A stretch of 63,926 bases of DNA, counting the filler, from Hausera hauseri (Eukaryota), in NCBI GenBank assembly GCA_046269625.1. It is 12 parts of 12 records of this genome, joined end to end, with 100 filler letters (N's around TTAATTAATTAA, not from the genome) between each part and the next. Parts side by side here need not be neighbours in the genome. Positions count along the whole stretch, not along the records: positions 34,008 to 38,794 come from JBJURY010435916.1; positions 38,895 to 44,290 come from JBJURY010262843.1; positions 44,391 to 48,349 come from JBJURY010857522.1; 9 more parts are not named here. One strand, given 5' to 3'. Positions 34,032 through 47,200 of the stretch are shown here, in pieces. Position numbers and translations under genes: made by a program. The notes under the pieces are model-generated. The model did no database searches and was not told the origin of the DNA. It worked only from the letters and a program-made list of their open reading frames with translations. Positions within the stretch are counted from its first letter, which is position 1. The number at the start of each line of letters is the position of its first letter.

Positions 34032-37000
34032 ATGTGCGGTTCCTATGCTTATTGCACATCCAAAGCACATAATCCGCAACAGTGCCATGAAACGATGCAT
34101 CGGTATTATGGATACAAATCCAAAAAAATCCAATATTATATATGTCCAGGATGCGAAACTGTATGCGGTGCAGATTACATACAGTTCTGTTATGATCACA
34201 AACATGATTTGAGTCACTTTGCATCAAAATCAAAGAACGCCATCTATAATGAGCAACATAATATTCACGCATCTGCTTCGCAGTATGATGCTTCGCAGTG
34301 TTCTGCCTCGCATTATGCTGCTGAATCTGGTGCAGCATCTGCGAAGCATATTAGAGAATTGAAACGCGCAGCCGCATCATGCGCAGCAGCATCAGGCGCA
34401 GCAGCGTCAGGCACGACTACATCAGGAGTTGTGGCTCCAACAAAAAGTCAAAGACAAAGGTCAGTTAATGCTGCAGAATTAAAGAGAAAAGTACGCAAAT
34501 ACGTCATTGATGCAGCTGGTCAAACAACCATCAAGGATTTTCTGGAGTACAAAGAGGAATAAACAATAGTGATTTGCCAGGAAAACATAGCTGAGCTCAA
34601 AGCCCTTAAGGTCAATATGAAACTGGAGGTCTCATACATCAATGTTGATGGCTAACAATCCAATAGGGCCTTCAACACCAAAAAATAGGCCATTTTAGAA
34701 GCCACCAATATAGTAGAACTACTTCATAAAGAGCATGCGAAGCTGATCCGCGAAGTCGGAGAGAGCCAGGATAAGAAAAGCGGATGGACCCTGGCATCTA
34801 TCGGGAGATTTCTTGTGTATGTTCAAAAGTACTGTCCAATGCGGGGCAGTTCATATATTCAGCTTCCGAAATGAATCGCTAATAGAAAAGCATGCATGAA
34901 TGTCATTAATGATGACAAGTGTTTCATATATGCCATTTTGTGTAAACTCGTACGGGATCAAAAACATGCAGCAGATTGAATTTGGCTATATAATAATCTG
35001 AAACACAACTATGACTTCCAATATATTAAGTTCCCGCCATCCATAGATGAAGTAAAGAAGTTCAGTCAAATCAACAATATATCCATCAGCATCATTAGAT
35101 TGGATGATGAGGACAAACTCTATCCCCTGCAGATATGCGATACTGAATTGGCAAATCATAGGGACATGTTCCTACTAGATGATGGTGAAATGATGCATTT
35201 CTCCTGGAAAAAGAACTTCGAACATCTAGTCAGATCCCAAATAACGAAACATACGGAAAGTATCGAAATATGTAAAATATGCTTGTCCCATTTCAGTGGT
35301 TATACTGCAGTGGACAAGCTTTCACAGAACAAGGTGTACTGCAACAACAATTACTGTATCAGTCCAGAATTTCCACAGGAGGACTACATTGAATTCAAGA
35401 AGTTCGAGAAGAAGCACAAGGTCCCAATAGTTATCTATTGCGACTTTGAAGCAATCCTGCGTCCAGTTCACAGTTCTCAACAGAGCAGCACAACTGCATA
35501 CCAATATCATGAAGTCTCATCGTATTGCATGTATGCCAAAAGACTGGACAGTGAACCATATTGATGTAGAGGTCCATATGCAGCATCCCATTTCATAAAA
35601 CGACTCGAAGACATGGCTCATAAGCTTAAAAACATGCTGCAGCAGTATAAGGATAATATAAGCATGTCGTGGAAACAAGAAGAAAAATAGCGCAACGCAA
35701 CAGAATGTTACTTGTGCGACAAGTTCTTCACCAAGGAAAATTGGAAAGTCAAGAATTACTGCCATTTTACAGGCTAATATCGGGGTGCAGCATGCAACAA
35801 CTGCAATATTTACTGCAAAACATGCACATATGTGCCTGTAGTGTTCCATAATCTCCGTGGCTATGATTCCCATTTCATTGTTCGGGAACTGGGCAGTACT
35901 AATAAAACATTGAGGTGATCCATAATAGTGAGGAAAAATACATCATAGACAGTTTCCGTTTTATGTCGTCTTTACTGGATAGTTTTGTGAAGGACCTCCA
36001 TGCAGAAGAACTCAAGGAGGCGAAGCGGTTCTTTCCCACTGCATTTGACCTAGTCAACAGGAAAGGCGTGTTTCCCTATGGCTATATAACTTCATGGGAA
36101 ACACTGGATGAAACCTCACCGCCGGCCAAGAAGGACTTTTGCAATATACTCTCTGATTGCGATATCAGTGATGCTGACTACATGCATGCTCAGAACGTCT
36201 TGCATGCATTCCAATGCCGAACAATAGGGGAATGCATTGATATTTACTTCAAGACGGACGTGCTGCTGCTGACAAATGTCTTTGAGAGTTTCAGGGATGT
36301 TACAATGAAGAGCCATGGATTGGATCCGGCTTATTTCTTTACAGCTCCAGGGATGAGTTGGGAAGCAATGCTGCGCTATAATGGTATTAGGCTGCAGATC
36401 ATTAAGGATTATGATATGATCCTCATGCTTGAGAGAGACATTAGAGGCGGAATATGCCAGGACATTCATCGGTATAGCGAGGCCAATAACAAGTCTATGG
36501 TCGAATACGACTCAACAAAGGAATTCTCATATATATCATACCTGGATGCCAACAACTTGTATGGATTGGCAATGGGCGCCCCATTGCCATATGATAACTT
36601 CAAATTGGTCGCGAATCCTGAAAACATGCCTATACTAGACCTAGATCCCACTAGAGATACGGGGTACATACTGGAGGTAGATATGGAAAATCCGGCTTCT
36701 ATCCACACAAGGCTTTTCCTTCCGGAGAGCAAATCTCCGCTCCATGGAAAGCATAGAAAGCTGCTCTGTCATGTGGGTAATAGGGATAGATTTTTAGTCC
36801 ACTACATCAATCTCCAGCAGGCAGTTAGACATATACTTCGTATTACTAAGATCCATAGAGCCCTGCAGTTCAGCGAGTCCATGTGGCTGCATTCATACAT
36901 AGATCTCAATACGAAGCTGCGGACTAATGCCAAGAACGACTTTAAGAAAGATTTATTCAAACTATATAACAACAGCGTTTCTTGCAAGACCATGGAGAAT

Positions 37001-37722
37001 ATCCGCAACAGAATTTACATCGAACTGGTATCTGAGTGGAAGCGGGCAAAAAACTTATTGCCAAGCCTAACTTCCATAGCAGCACCGTACATGCTGAGAA
37101 CTTGGTCAGCACCCATATGCTGAATACAGCATTGCTATTCAACAAGCCCATGTACGTGGGTATGGAAATATTGGATCTATCAAAGACCTTGATGTACAGA
37201 TTCCATTATGATGTCATGGTCCCCAAGTTGAAGTCCATGCACCTGATGTATATGGATACTGATAGTTTCATCTACGAGATCCATACAGAGGACATTTATG
37301 AAGACTTTGCCCAATTGGCTCAACACATGCATACCTCGGACTATCCGAAGGATCATTCCAACTAATCAACTGCCAACAAAAAGATCCTTGGGAAATTTAA
37401 AGACGAGGTGAATCGGGCAATAATATCGAGATTTGTAGCTCTCGGATCTAAAATATATGTTCTAGATGCATGTAATCATATCAAAAAGAGAGCCAAGGGC
37501 GTTCAAAGGGCTACATTGACCAAGAAGATCAGTTTTTAGGACTACGTGAGAGTTCTGAGGGAGCAGACTCACATCATATCGCAAATGAGAAGGATCCCAT
37601 CTAGGGATCATAACATCCAAACAATAACACTGCTTAAGAAAAGCCTAGATAGAATAGATGACAAGAGGTAGATCCTGAGAGATGGAATTTATACACTACC
37701 TCACGGACATGTGGCATTGTAA
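34032..37722 (+). pseudogene. polB: Protein-primed family B DNA polymerase (Polinton/adintovirus type)
   Basis: SGWTL, GSSYI.LP, Exo motifs IYCDFE, FHNL.GYDSHF and DVLLL..VFE.FR, an inserted Cys/His module (CYLC...CHFTG.YRGAACNNCN), RKGVFPY, Pol A YLDANNLYG.AM, Pol B KL.NNS...KTMEN and Pol C YMDTDSF. Many stops and frameshifts. Confidence 0.93.
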
Positions 37723-37859
37723 ATATTGTTATTCATTGTTATTCTTTGTTTANNNNNNNNNNAAGTAACTACTATGTAGGTAAAGACCAAATAATTTCAT
37801 AACAAATTTATTTCATAACAACATAACTTTGATATAACGCTAAACACTTTTTATAGTGT

Positions 37860-38794
37860 GTGTGCTTGTATGTATGTACTTGTGTGAGTGAAATATGATT
37901 AACTTGAGAAATGAATGATTAAGATATAAGGTGTGTAATTGTGTGCATGTGCTAGCCCTTGTCTGTATATGTAAAGTGCAACTAACCTGAGAAAAGGTAT
38001 ATCCCAGATATATGACTCTATGCTTGTGCGTGTACTTTTATGTGCATGTAAAATGTAAGTGACCTAAGAAATGAATGATTAAGATATATGGTGTGTATGT
38101 GCATATATGTGCTTGTAAAATGTAAGTAATCTGAGAAAATGAATAGCTCAGATATATGTATGTGTGTTTGCCTATGTGGGTGTATGTAAAATGCAATTAG
38201 TTTGGGGAAATTTATAGCTCAGATATACGTCGTGTATGTGTGTGCATGTGTTTGTGCGGGTATAATAAAGTAACCTGGGAAATGAATTGGCTATGATATA
38301 TGTGTGTATGTGCACGCGAAAGTGTGTGTGTGAGTAAAATACAATTAATATTGGTAATATTTAGCTAATGTGAGTAATATGAGTAATACAATTAATATGG
38401 GTAATACAAGTAATATGGGTAATACGGGTAATGTTTAGCTAGTGTGCGTATTGTGGGTGATACATACAGAGCTGCTGTGTGTTACTTCATTTTACTTGCG
38501 CTCGTACATACATACATATAATCGCCAATTCATTTCTCAGGTAACTTCATTATACCCGCACACACATGCACACAAACACGCACTCATACAGGCATATATG
38601 GCATATCCAATTCATTTTCCAAGTTACCTCATTATCCCTGCGCAAACGCATGCACACATACACGAAGTATATCTGAGCTGTACATTTTCTCAAGTTACTT
38701 ACATTTTGCATGCAAAGACAAATACAAGCACAGGTATACAGACATATAACTGAGATATACCTTTTCTCAGGTCACTTACATTTTACAAGCACAG
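37860..38794. repeat. Fold-back array: degenerate ~60-70 bp TG-rich tandem repeats followed by the same repeats inverted
   Basis: agctcagatatacgtcgtgtatgtgtg (~38216) matches the reverse complement cacacatacacgaagtatatctgagct (~38653). The spacer 38340-38480 has gtaat micro-repeats. Confidence 0.75.
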
Positions 38795-39087
38795 NNNNNN
38801 NNNNNNNNNNNNNNNNNNNNNNNNNNNNNNNNNNNNNNTTAATTAATTAANNNNNNNNNNNNNNNNNNNNNNNNNNNNNNNNNNNNNNNNNNNNAAAAAA
38901 TTATTATTCATTTTCAATACCCACTGTTCGTGTATTTATTATTGTTAAGATGAAGATCACGTTAAATTCAATATTTTCTGATCATGTATACGTGGTCGCA
39001 AAGTGGTCAAATTTGTTAAAAAATATATATACAAATGACTAAAATTGAGGACAAATTACCAAGTTCTCATAATTGAGTACTATTACT

Positions 39088-40060
39088 ACTCACAAGGAGA
39101 ATGAGTTGAGTCTGAAAAAAGTTTTGGACTGACATTTTCAGACACCTGCATAATCAGACTCACCGTAATTAGTGGAGTCAGAAAAAATTTTAGACCTACC
39201 CAGTTTCGGATATGTGCATAGTCGGACTCAACGCAATAAGTTGAGTCGGAAAAAATGTAGTCTGACCCATTTCGAGACACCAGCATAATCGGACGCATCG
39301 TAACGATTTGAGGTGGAAAAATTTTAGTGGCCCAGTTTTGCAAACCTGCATATTCGGACTCACCGTAATGAGGTGCGTTTGAAAAAGTTTTGCAATGACA
39401 CAGTTTCAGATACCTTCATAATCGGACCTATTGTAATGAGTAGAGCCAGAAAATATTTTAGACCGACCCAGTTTCGGATACATGCATATTCGGACTCACC
39501 GTAATGAGGTGCGTCCGAAAAAGTTTTGCAATGACCCAGTTTCAGACACATGCATAATCGGACTTACCGTAGTGAGTGGAATCAGAAAATATTTTAGACC
39601 GACCCAGTTTCGGAAACCTGCATATTCGGGCTCAACGCAATGAGTTGAGTCGGAAAACATTTTAGAGTGACCCAATTTCGGAAGCCCGTATATTCGGACT
39701 CACCGTAATGAGATGAGTCCGAAAGAGTTTGGCAATGACTCAGTTTCAGACACCTACATAATCGGACTCATCGTAATGAATGGAGTAAGAAAAAAGTTTA
39801 GTGACCCAGTTTCGGAAACCTGCATAGTCGGACTCAACACAATGAATTGAGTCGGAAAAAATTTTTCAATGAGCCAATTTTAGACACCAGCATAATCGGA
39901 CTTATCGTAGTGATCTGAGTCGGAAGGAATTTTAGTTACCCATTTTCGGAAACCTGCATATTCGGACTCACCATAATGAGATGAGTCCGAAAGAGTTTTG
40001 CAATGACCCAGTTTTTGACGCCTGCGTAATGGGACTTACCATAATGAGTGGAGTCAGAAT
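39088..40060 (+). repeat. 66-68 bp minisatellite, about 14 units
   Basis: The gcata(a/t)tcggactca anchor recurs at 39148, 39216, 39283, 39348, 39416, 39484, 39552, 39620, 39688, 39756, 39822, 39890, 39956 and 40024. Confidence 0.93.
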
Positions 40061-40074
40061 GAGTGGACAGCTAC

Positions 40075-41573
40075 ACCCTTATTTACTAAAGTCATCACTA
40101 GTGATTGCTTTCTTGCTATCTGGTCGATGTTGCATTGGGTTGATGAACAGGATCGAGATCTTGAAAAATCAGGTATGATCTACAAAAGGCGACCAATCTT
40201 CAATCAGGTCATTGTAAACTTTCAAGAATTCTGCATGCCTGACTGCGAGCTGCCACTTCATGGAGGAATGATTCCCACCAAGAAATCGCTTAGTATCAAA
40301 CAATACATCATGGACAATCCAATCAAATGGGGACTTAAGACGTTTCTTTTGTGTGAAAGCAAAACAGGCTACATTGTAAATGCGGAAGTCTACACTGGTA
40401 AAGTACCAACAGACCAACATGCAGAACTTGGTGTTACAGGAAATTTGGTTTCCCGCCTATTACAACCGTTTGAGGGCCGACATCACTGTGTCTTCACAGA
40501 CCGCTTGTACACTTCAGTGAACGTTGCTGAACATCTCCAACAATAGAACACCTACATGTGCGGAACGGTCTTGACAAATAGAAAACGGTTTCCAAAAGTT
40601 CTCATCGCCAAACAGAAGATGCAACGTGGATCACACCGAGTTGTACAACGGTAAAGCTAAAACTCTTATGGTGCGACAAACGGCCGATCTACTTTCTCTT
40701 AACAAAGTACATATCAGATCCCGACACAACAGTGTTGCGTTATGATGCCAAGTAGCACAAACGTATACCAGTTGACTATCCAGCGGTGGTGAAGGCATAC
40801 AATCATTTCATGGTTGGGACTGACGAAAATGACCAAATGACGAAATTACAAAAATGTATACGTCATTAAAAATGGCCCCGTCGTCTCCTGGTAAAATTTA
40901 TTGTTTGGAGTGCCTGTAATGCGTACATTGTACAGAACAATTACCAGCCACATGTTGTACCAGGTAAACAAATCCACATCTTCAAAATGTTTGTTGATGA
41001 ACTTTGTCATGACCTTGTTGAACAATTGGTTGGCAGATGTCGCAGTGCCAGAAGTGAAGCAACTTGACTCTCCCTCGCCACTCCCCATCTGCTGGAACAT
41101 ATTCCCAGCAGCTCAAGAAACTGTCATTGTGTCATCTGCTCTGAAAAATACAATAGAGCAAAAAGAAGCAATCCAGAACTGACTGATAAACACCTACCGA
41201 AACGTCGAAAAACTGTTTACATGTGCAAAGATTGCGAAGTGTGTCTATGCATTGAAACTGGTGATGATAATTGTTTTGCTGACTACCACAGTAAGGTAGA
41301 GTATTGGCGCTAATAGTACATCTTTTCTTGAAGAATGTTACTGTACATGTAATCTTGAAAAACTTGCTTGTTATTGCCAAAATGGTATTTTCTTGCGCAA
41401 TACATGTAATGTTTTTGTGCTTTGTAACTATTGTAAATAAGTGTTTCTGTTACTTTTCTTTCACAATATCGTACCAGCATCCATTCTACATGTATTTTGA
41501 TGCAATTTGATTCATTAAAAAATTCTTGGATTATAGGGGTTTTTGGTCAGGAATTTTGAGTCCAAAGGTTTAA
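40075..41573 (+). mobile_element. piggyBac (PGBD-like) transposase pseudogene with 3' end
   Basis: KQYI..NPIKWGLK.F.LCE..TGY....EVYTGK, FTDRLYTS, YN.FM.GTD.NDQ and a C-terminal Cys-rich domain (C.IC...CKDC.V.LC.....CF.DYH). Candidate end aaaggt-TTAA at 41570-41573. Confidence 0.9.
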
Positions 41574-41599
41574 AATACATTTGTGATTGTTGTTCATAG

Positions 41600-43100
41600 T
41601 TGAAGGAATACCGACTTTATCGAAACTTTTGTCAATAGTTGACGAGACGTTTAACATATTTCCAGAGGAGTGCAATGCATTCCTCGTTAGATTGTCTCAG
41701 ACATTTGGTTGCATTTGCGATCGGGTTCCTGTGCAGCAGACAGCCGTATTTACAATCAACCAACAGATCGTGTGCGGCCAGGAAATCTGAGCCGATTTTG
41801 GGTGAGTTTATGTTAGCGATAAAGGACTTCCAAACTTGTCCGGTAAGTGATTGAAGGTAAAAGTTAGTTCTGTGGTGCCAACAATGCGCAAAGGCTGCCC
41901 ACTGGATGTGAAGAGTCGAAGCCAAGAACATTTGTTGGATGTTGGAGCGAAAGATAGCGGTAGAAGGGAAAAGGCGGCTCCGGAGTCAATGAGAAAGTCT
42001 ATATTTGATGAATTGTCAGAGAAGATTGCAGCTTTCAACAGAAAGATTGCAGAGGTAGTATAAAGACGGCCAGAAAAATGCAATGTTTTGCCTATACATG
42101 AATGTGCCGTGGAATATGGTGGCGTTGTTAGTTTTTTTTTGAAGGATTTGGAGAAAAAGAAGGGTAGGAAAAAGGAAGAGATTTATTTTTGTAATATTTG
42201 CAACCAGGCACACATGGTCTGGCCTGTGACTGGTACTTATTGTGGTAGATGTAAATAGAGTTATCCACAGCGTATCGTTCGCTGTAGAATCGGCAGCCCA
42301 AGAAACAGTGTCTTGCATCCTTTCGAAACTTCGTATTATAGAAGCAAGCCATGCCTTCGCCAGGTGAAATGGATCGCGTAGTGTCTTGAAGTGCTTCGCC
42401 GAGGCCCATTAAGATTGTTCAGTTGGGTGGTAATGGCCGAAATTGACTGCTGTAATGTGTCAAATTGTTGTTGCATCATTTGCAATTGTTGAGTGAAGAA
42501 TGTTATCTATAGCTGGCGCATGTGTGGTTGCAGCCGCAGTTGGGAGAGAATTATTTGTATGGAGGATTTCAAAGGACTTATCAGTCATTATGGCCAGTTA
42601 TTCAATAGCAGTAGACTCGTCGATGACAGTAAGCAAGGCTCAAATTGAAATGGGCAAAGACGACAAGAAATAATGGCGAATTAAGTCTGCGTTATTCGTA
42701 GGCGTTACGCCTAAGGTGCTAAGCTGCAAAATGGCCATTTGGAGAAAATAGGATGGCTTTTGGTTTCCTCTCGCATGGTCGTTGAAGTATTTTTGTATAA
42801 TTTTGTCTATTGAAAGATCCGTAACATGGAGTACAGCCTCACAGTGTTTCGTAAGGTGTCGAGGATTGGAGCAATTCGGAGATGTTACTGATCTGCTTCT
42901 TGACGTTAGCAGGCAGAAGAATTAAAAGACTGTTGGCTCGCACGAAAGCGTCAGTGATGTTGTTAGATTTTAGCCACTGTTGGTCAAATTAGAGCCATGG
43001 TTCACTGGAATTGTTTTTGTCAAGAAAAAAATCCACACAAGATAGATTCAGCGAAGCTCGTGGTTGTTGAGAGTTTGGTACGCGATAGATATTGCATGTA
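41600..43100 (-). mobile_element. Gypsy gag-protease remnant (CHCC-type gag)
   Basis: FLIDSGAAFSLLP, IGSDFL..HDLLVDC and a duplicated CFY..KF.K.A..C..GC.F motif. Homologous to 57150..59020. Confidence 0.85.
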
Positions 43101-43159
43101 ACGAATTCGATACATTTTAATTTCCGGCAAAATGCCGATTTGGTCGCGCGGCAACACAT

Positions 43160-44290
43160 CAGGAGGGCATCACATTGTTCATTCTTTTTCGGCCGTTTTT
43201 CCTATCGACTTATTCAATTTTCCTTTCTTTAATAATGTAAGATGGCATCGATTCGAAGATACTTTCCAAGTCATTTTAGATTTTCCAGTATCGTATTTCC
43301 CGTTGTCATATTTACATTAACTCATAGTTGTCATGCGTTTAGTTTGCGAGTCGAATAATCCTTCATATTTCTTTAATTGAACTTGATAATCTTCGATGGC
43401 GGCTGTTCTTGGAGCGATTGTGCCTCCAACATCGTAGTTCACTCCTTTGCAAGTACCTTCCATTCTATCTATTCTTCCAGCTTTGAAGATCCGAATATAT
43501 TTTATTTTGCTTCGTACTGCCGGTATCTGTGGGTTTGTATCGTTCTGACTCCGATTTTAAACGCATATTGGCATTCTGCTTGTTATATTTTTATCGGTTG
43601 GAAAGTGTTGTTGGTTCAAGAATAGCGGTTTCACGAGTAATACGCACAATTGAATAAGAAGAATGATTTCTTTACGTAACATTCTTTAATTTTAACCTTG
43701 ATGAATTCCGATTCCTGGTAGACCCAATAACTGACCGTTAGTTGTTAGCTGTTCTGGGTTAGCTTCAGGGCATTTTTTTAGATCCACCAAGGAGTACGTT
43801 TGTCCTTCTTTAGGCTTCGAACAATCATAAGCCACAATGCCCATGGCCTTAGGCATGCAGATGGATGCTATCAATAACAATTGTAGTAACTCCATAACTG
43901 ACATTCCACCTAAGCCCTGTTTTATAACACTAGGTTGTATTGTGGTTGCTCTTTCGTATGGTCCTCCTTTTGGTTTTATTCTACCATTTATTAAACTTGG
44001 TACCCATCCTCCTCTGCATTGCACCCAGTTTTCTAAAGTATTGCATAAAATTTTAACCGTTACTTTATATTCCTTTCAATTTCCTCAAGATTTTGCGTCT
44101 GATAATTGATAACTATTACTTTGTACAATAAATAGGCAAGAGTTGTTACAACTTTTCTCTAGTGATCCCTGTCGCGAATATCTTTTCCAGTATATCTTGT
44201 TCATGTAGTTCGTTAATTCTTTCTTCATTGATATTCTCGTAAAATTGTCTACTAATTCTTAGCATGCCGTTACACATCGTCTGGAACTTG
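43160..44290 (-). mobile_element. Second copy of the env-bearing polyprotein fragment
   Basis: QCRGGW...MELLQLLLIASICMPKAMGIVAYDCSKP..GQ.YSLVDL.KC.E..PEQLTT closely parallels 7980-8335. Confidence 0.7.
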
Positions 44291-47200
44291 NNNNNNNNNN
44301 NNNNNNNNNNNNNNNNNNNNNNNNNNNNNNNNNNTTAATTAATTAANNNNNNNNNNNNNNNNNNNNNNNNNNNNNNNNNNNNNNNNNNNNGTAATTGATT
44401 TGTTGCATTTCTTTGTTTATTTTTAATTCATTTCAGATTTCCAATCAGGTAGTTCAGATTTCAATCAGGTAATCAAGTGTTATTTGTTTTATTTATTTGT
44501 TTTTAATTTAGTTGAATCGATCAGTTGATTTAATTTTTATTAATTTTTGTAAATTTTTTGGTAAATATTTTGGATTCTTTTTAATATTTATTTAGCTTTT
44601 ATATCATATCTTTAACACAGATTTACCCAAATTTATTTTCAGATTGACTATGTCAACATCAACGTATGTCGTTAATTTGGAACGGGTGTATTTTGTGCTT
44701 TTAATTAAATCAATATAGATAAGTTTTGATTGACTTAAATCATATAATGGACAGTGAGATAAATACTTGTAAATAACTGTGGTGTTATGGTTACAATTTT
44801 GATATTGAAATAAGTAAAACACAGTAGACAACGGGTACCACTAACATTATTGGAAAATGGCAATTGATTGCAGCATTGTCAAATAACCATGCAAATACCA
44901 TGTTTCTATTATTGATACATATACATACCCAAGGTTTAGACATTAATTCTAAAAATATTGTGACACATCCTGCAAAACAGGATGTCAGAAAACTAATAAA
45001 TACGAACGTACTGAAAAAAACCAGAATTCTAAATAACGAAAATGATATACAACAATTTGTTAATCATGAATGCCGTAATATTATTCAAAATGGCTGATTC
45101 TGAATTCCTGAATCATCAATATAAGGCATATATCCATAATTGTGCCGACAGAATGTTCGTTTGGTGGCGTCCATTGGAGTCTAAATTGCTGACGGGATAC
45201 GTTGCAAATTTGATCTACAAAACCGAAATTCAACGATCCGTGAGACTAGACAAAACAAGGTACACCATCAACGGCACTTCATTAAGTCGATATATGGTGA
45301 AACATGGAGGAGTGCAATGGGATGCTATGGAATTGTCACAGATCAATCAATTACAAGAAATATCTTTTGTTGCTTTATTGAAAAATGGCAGCAGAACGAT
45401 GACAAAATCATATAACGGTAGAAATGAAATTTTTGACATTTTTCACATCGTTATTAGCAACAACATGGCAATCCATTAAAATGACAATTATCAATGATAC
45501 ACTATTTAGTACAGTCTGTAATGAATTTGATAGGAAACACGTTGATGGTATACGGTCACTGAACTGGAATAACTGTAAGGTATGTTCATAATACAACGCA
45601 TTATGGTTTACATATTTATTAGACTAAGTTGTGGCCGCAACGCACTGAAAATTCCATAAGTCATGTTAATACGTCCTGCTTTTTGGCGGTGATTGTAAAA
45701 GGGCCTATTGGATATTACCCATTTCTGGCTAAATTGTCTTCCAGTGGGTTTTGGGATATTTTGATTATTGATATGGAATTATTGATTTTACAGATATTTC
45801 AAATCATGGGTTTGTATTGATGACAATTAACAGTACCTTAGGCATGAAATAATGGATTGACTGTGTGTGTGTATTAACATTTAAAATGTAGTATTCATAA
45901 TTGAAGGCAACCAATGAAAAATTGACATTTCACGTGTTGACAAATGTCCCATAAAGTTGCATTCGTGAGAACAGAGTAATTTAGAAATAGAAATCAGTCA
46001 AATAATATTTAAATATAAATCTATGAATCTTACTGAATTTTCGATCATGATGATTATTTACTAATTGTTTATCGAGTCACACAACGATCATGGAAGTTGC
46101 TGCGAGTTATGATTATTTATCTAACCGAACTTCGTAAGATACAATCGACGAAGTCGAAAGTATATTAAATATTCGAATCCATAAATTGTTTAATTTTACG
46201 ACCATTTCGTTTTCAGGTCGTTACTCGATTATATCGAATGTAAAGATTTCATTCAAGTCAATGATGGAACTACAGATTTCATGGAAAATAAATGACGAGA
46301 AATGTAGTCGTATCCATGTTGGTATTGCCATAGAAGATCTTAATGATGTCCATTGGAAGAGGTGTGGAGTTGCAGTGGCGTGTAATGGGGTACCCGCATT
46401 TCGTAATGGATTTTTGCATACATCAAAATGCCACCATTTACCAACGGTACTCCAGCAGCAAAGCCATTCTGTTGTGTTCCCTGTTGTTGTACGACCTCTG
46501 CGGAAATATCGAGTATCTCTATGGATACCACATGGCGAGTTTTATGTCCGGATTCATTCCGAATATTTTCTGTCCGGACGTAAATATATTTCATTTCCTT
46601 TAATGACTCATGATTTGGCATAGACTATTTTGAAGACTGTGTGGAGCAGCACAGTTGGTTTAATATTTTGTCATATACCGGAATAAGATCGGCTGTCCCA
46701 ATAAATAAATATTTGAGAAGTTGCCAGTCAACATTGCCAAATATTCGTCGTAATATCTGTCAGAATCGTGGATTTCTTTCACAGAAAGACTGCCCTACAG
46801 TACGGGATTATGAACAATGCAGCATTCCATCTTGTTCAAAACTAATAGCAAGAAGTGCCGAGTATATTCGTGAATGAAATTATGCAACACTCGTGAGTAC
46901 TGGTTAGCACCTAATATCCCATGGCATAATTAGAAAGAAAATATAACATGTATCTTTTTTAAACCAGTTCACCAAAAATTGATCACAGTCTCTCATCTAT
47001 TATTTAAATTCGTTTAAAAATCCACATTAAAACAACTGTTCATCCAATCGACTGGTACTTTCCTTCCATACACACGCAAACTTCGATATAATAACTATGT
47101 TGTACTAATAGGAAAGAAAATTAATCCTCAATTGGCACTTCTGTATTTCTCTAATCGAAAATACACACAATCACAATATTCATACATCAAAAAATATTCT

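Noticed and set aside
39088-40060. CRISPR-like array of regularly spaced palindromic repeats
   Set aside because: The whole unit is repeated with no unique spacers, there are no cas genes, and the context is eukaryotic.
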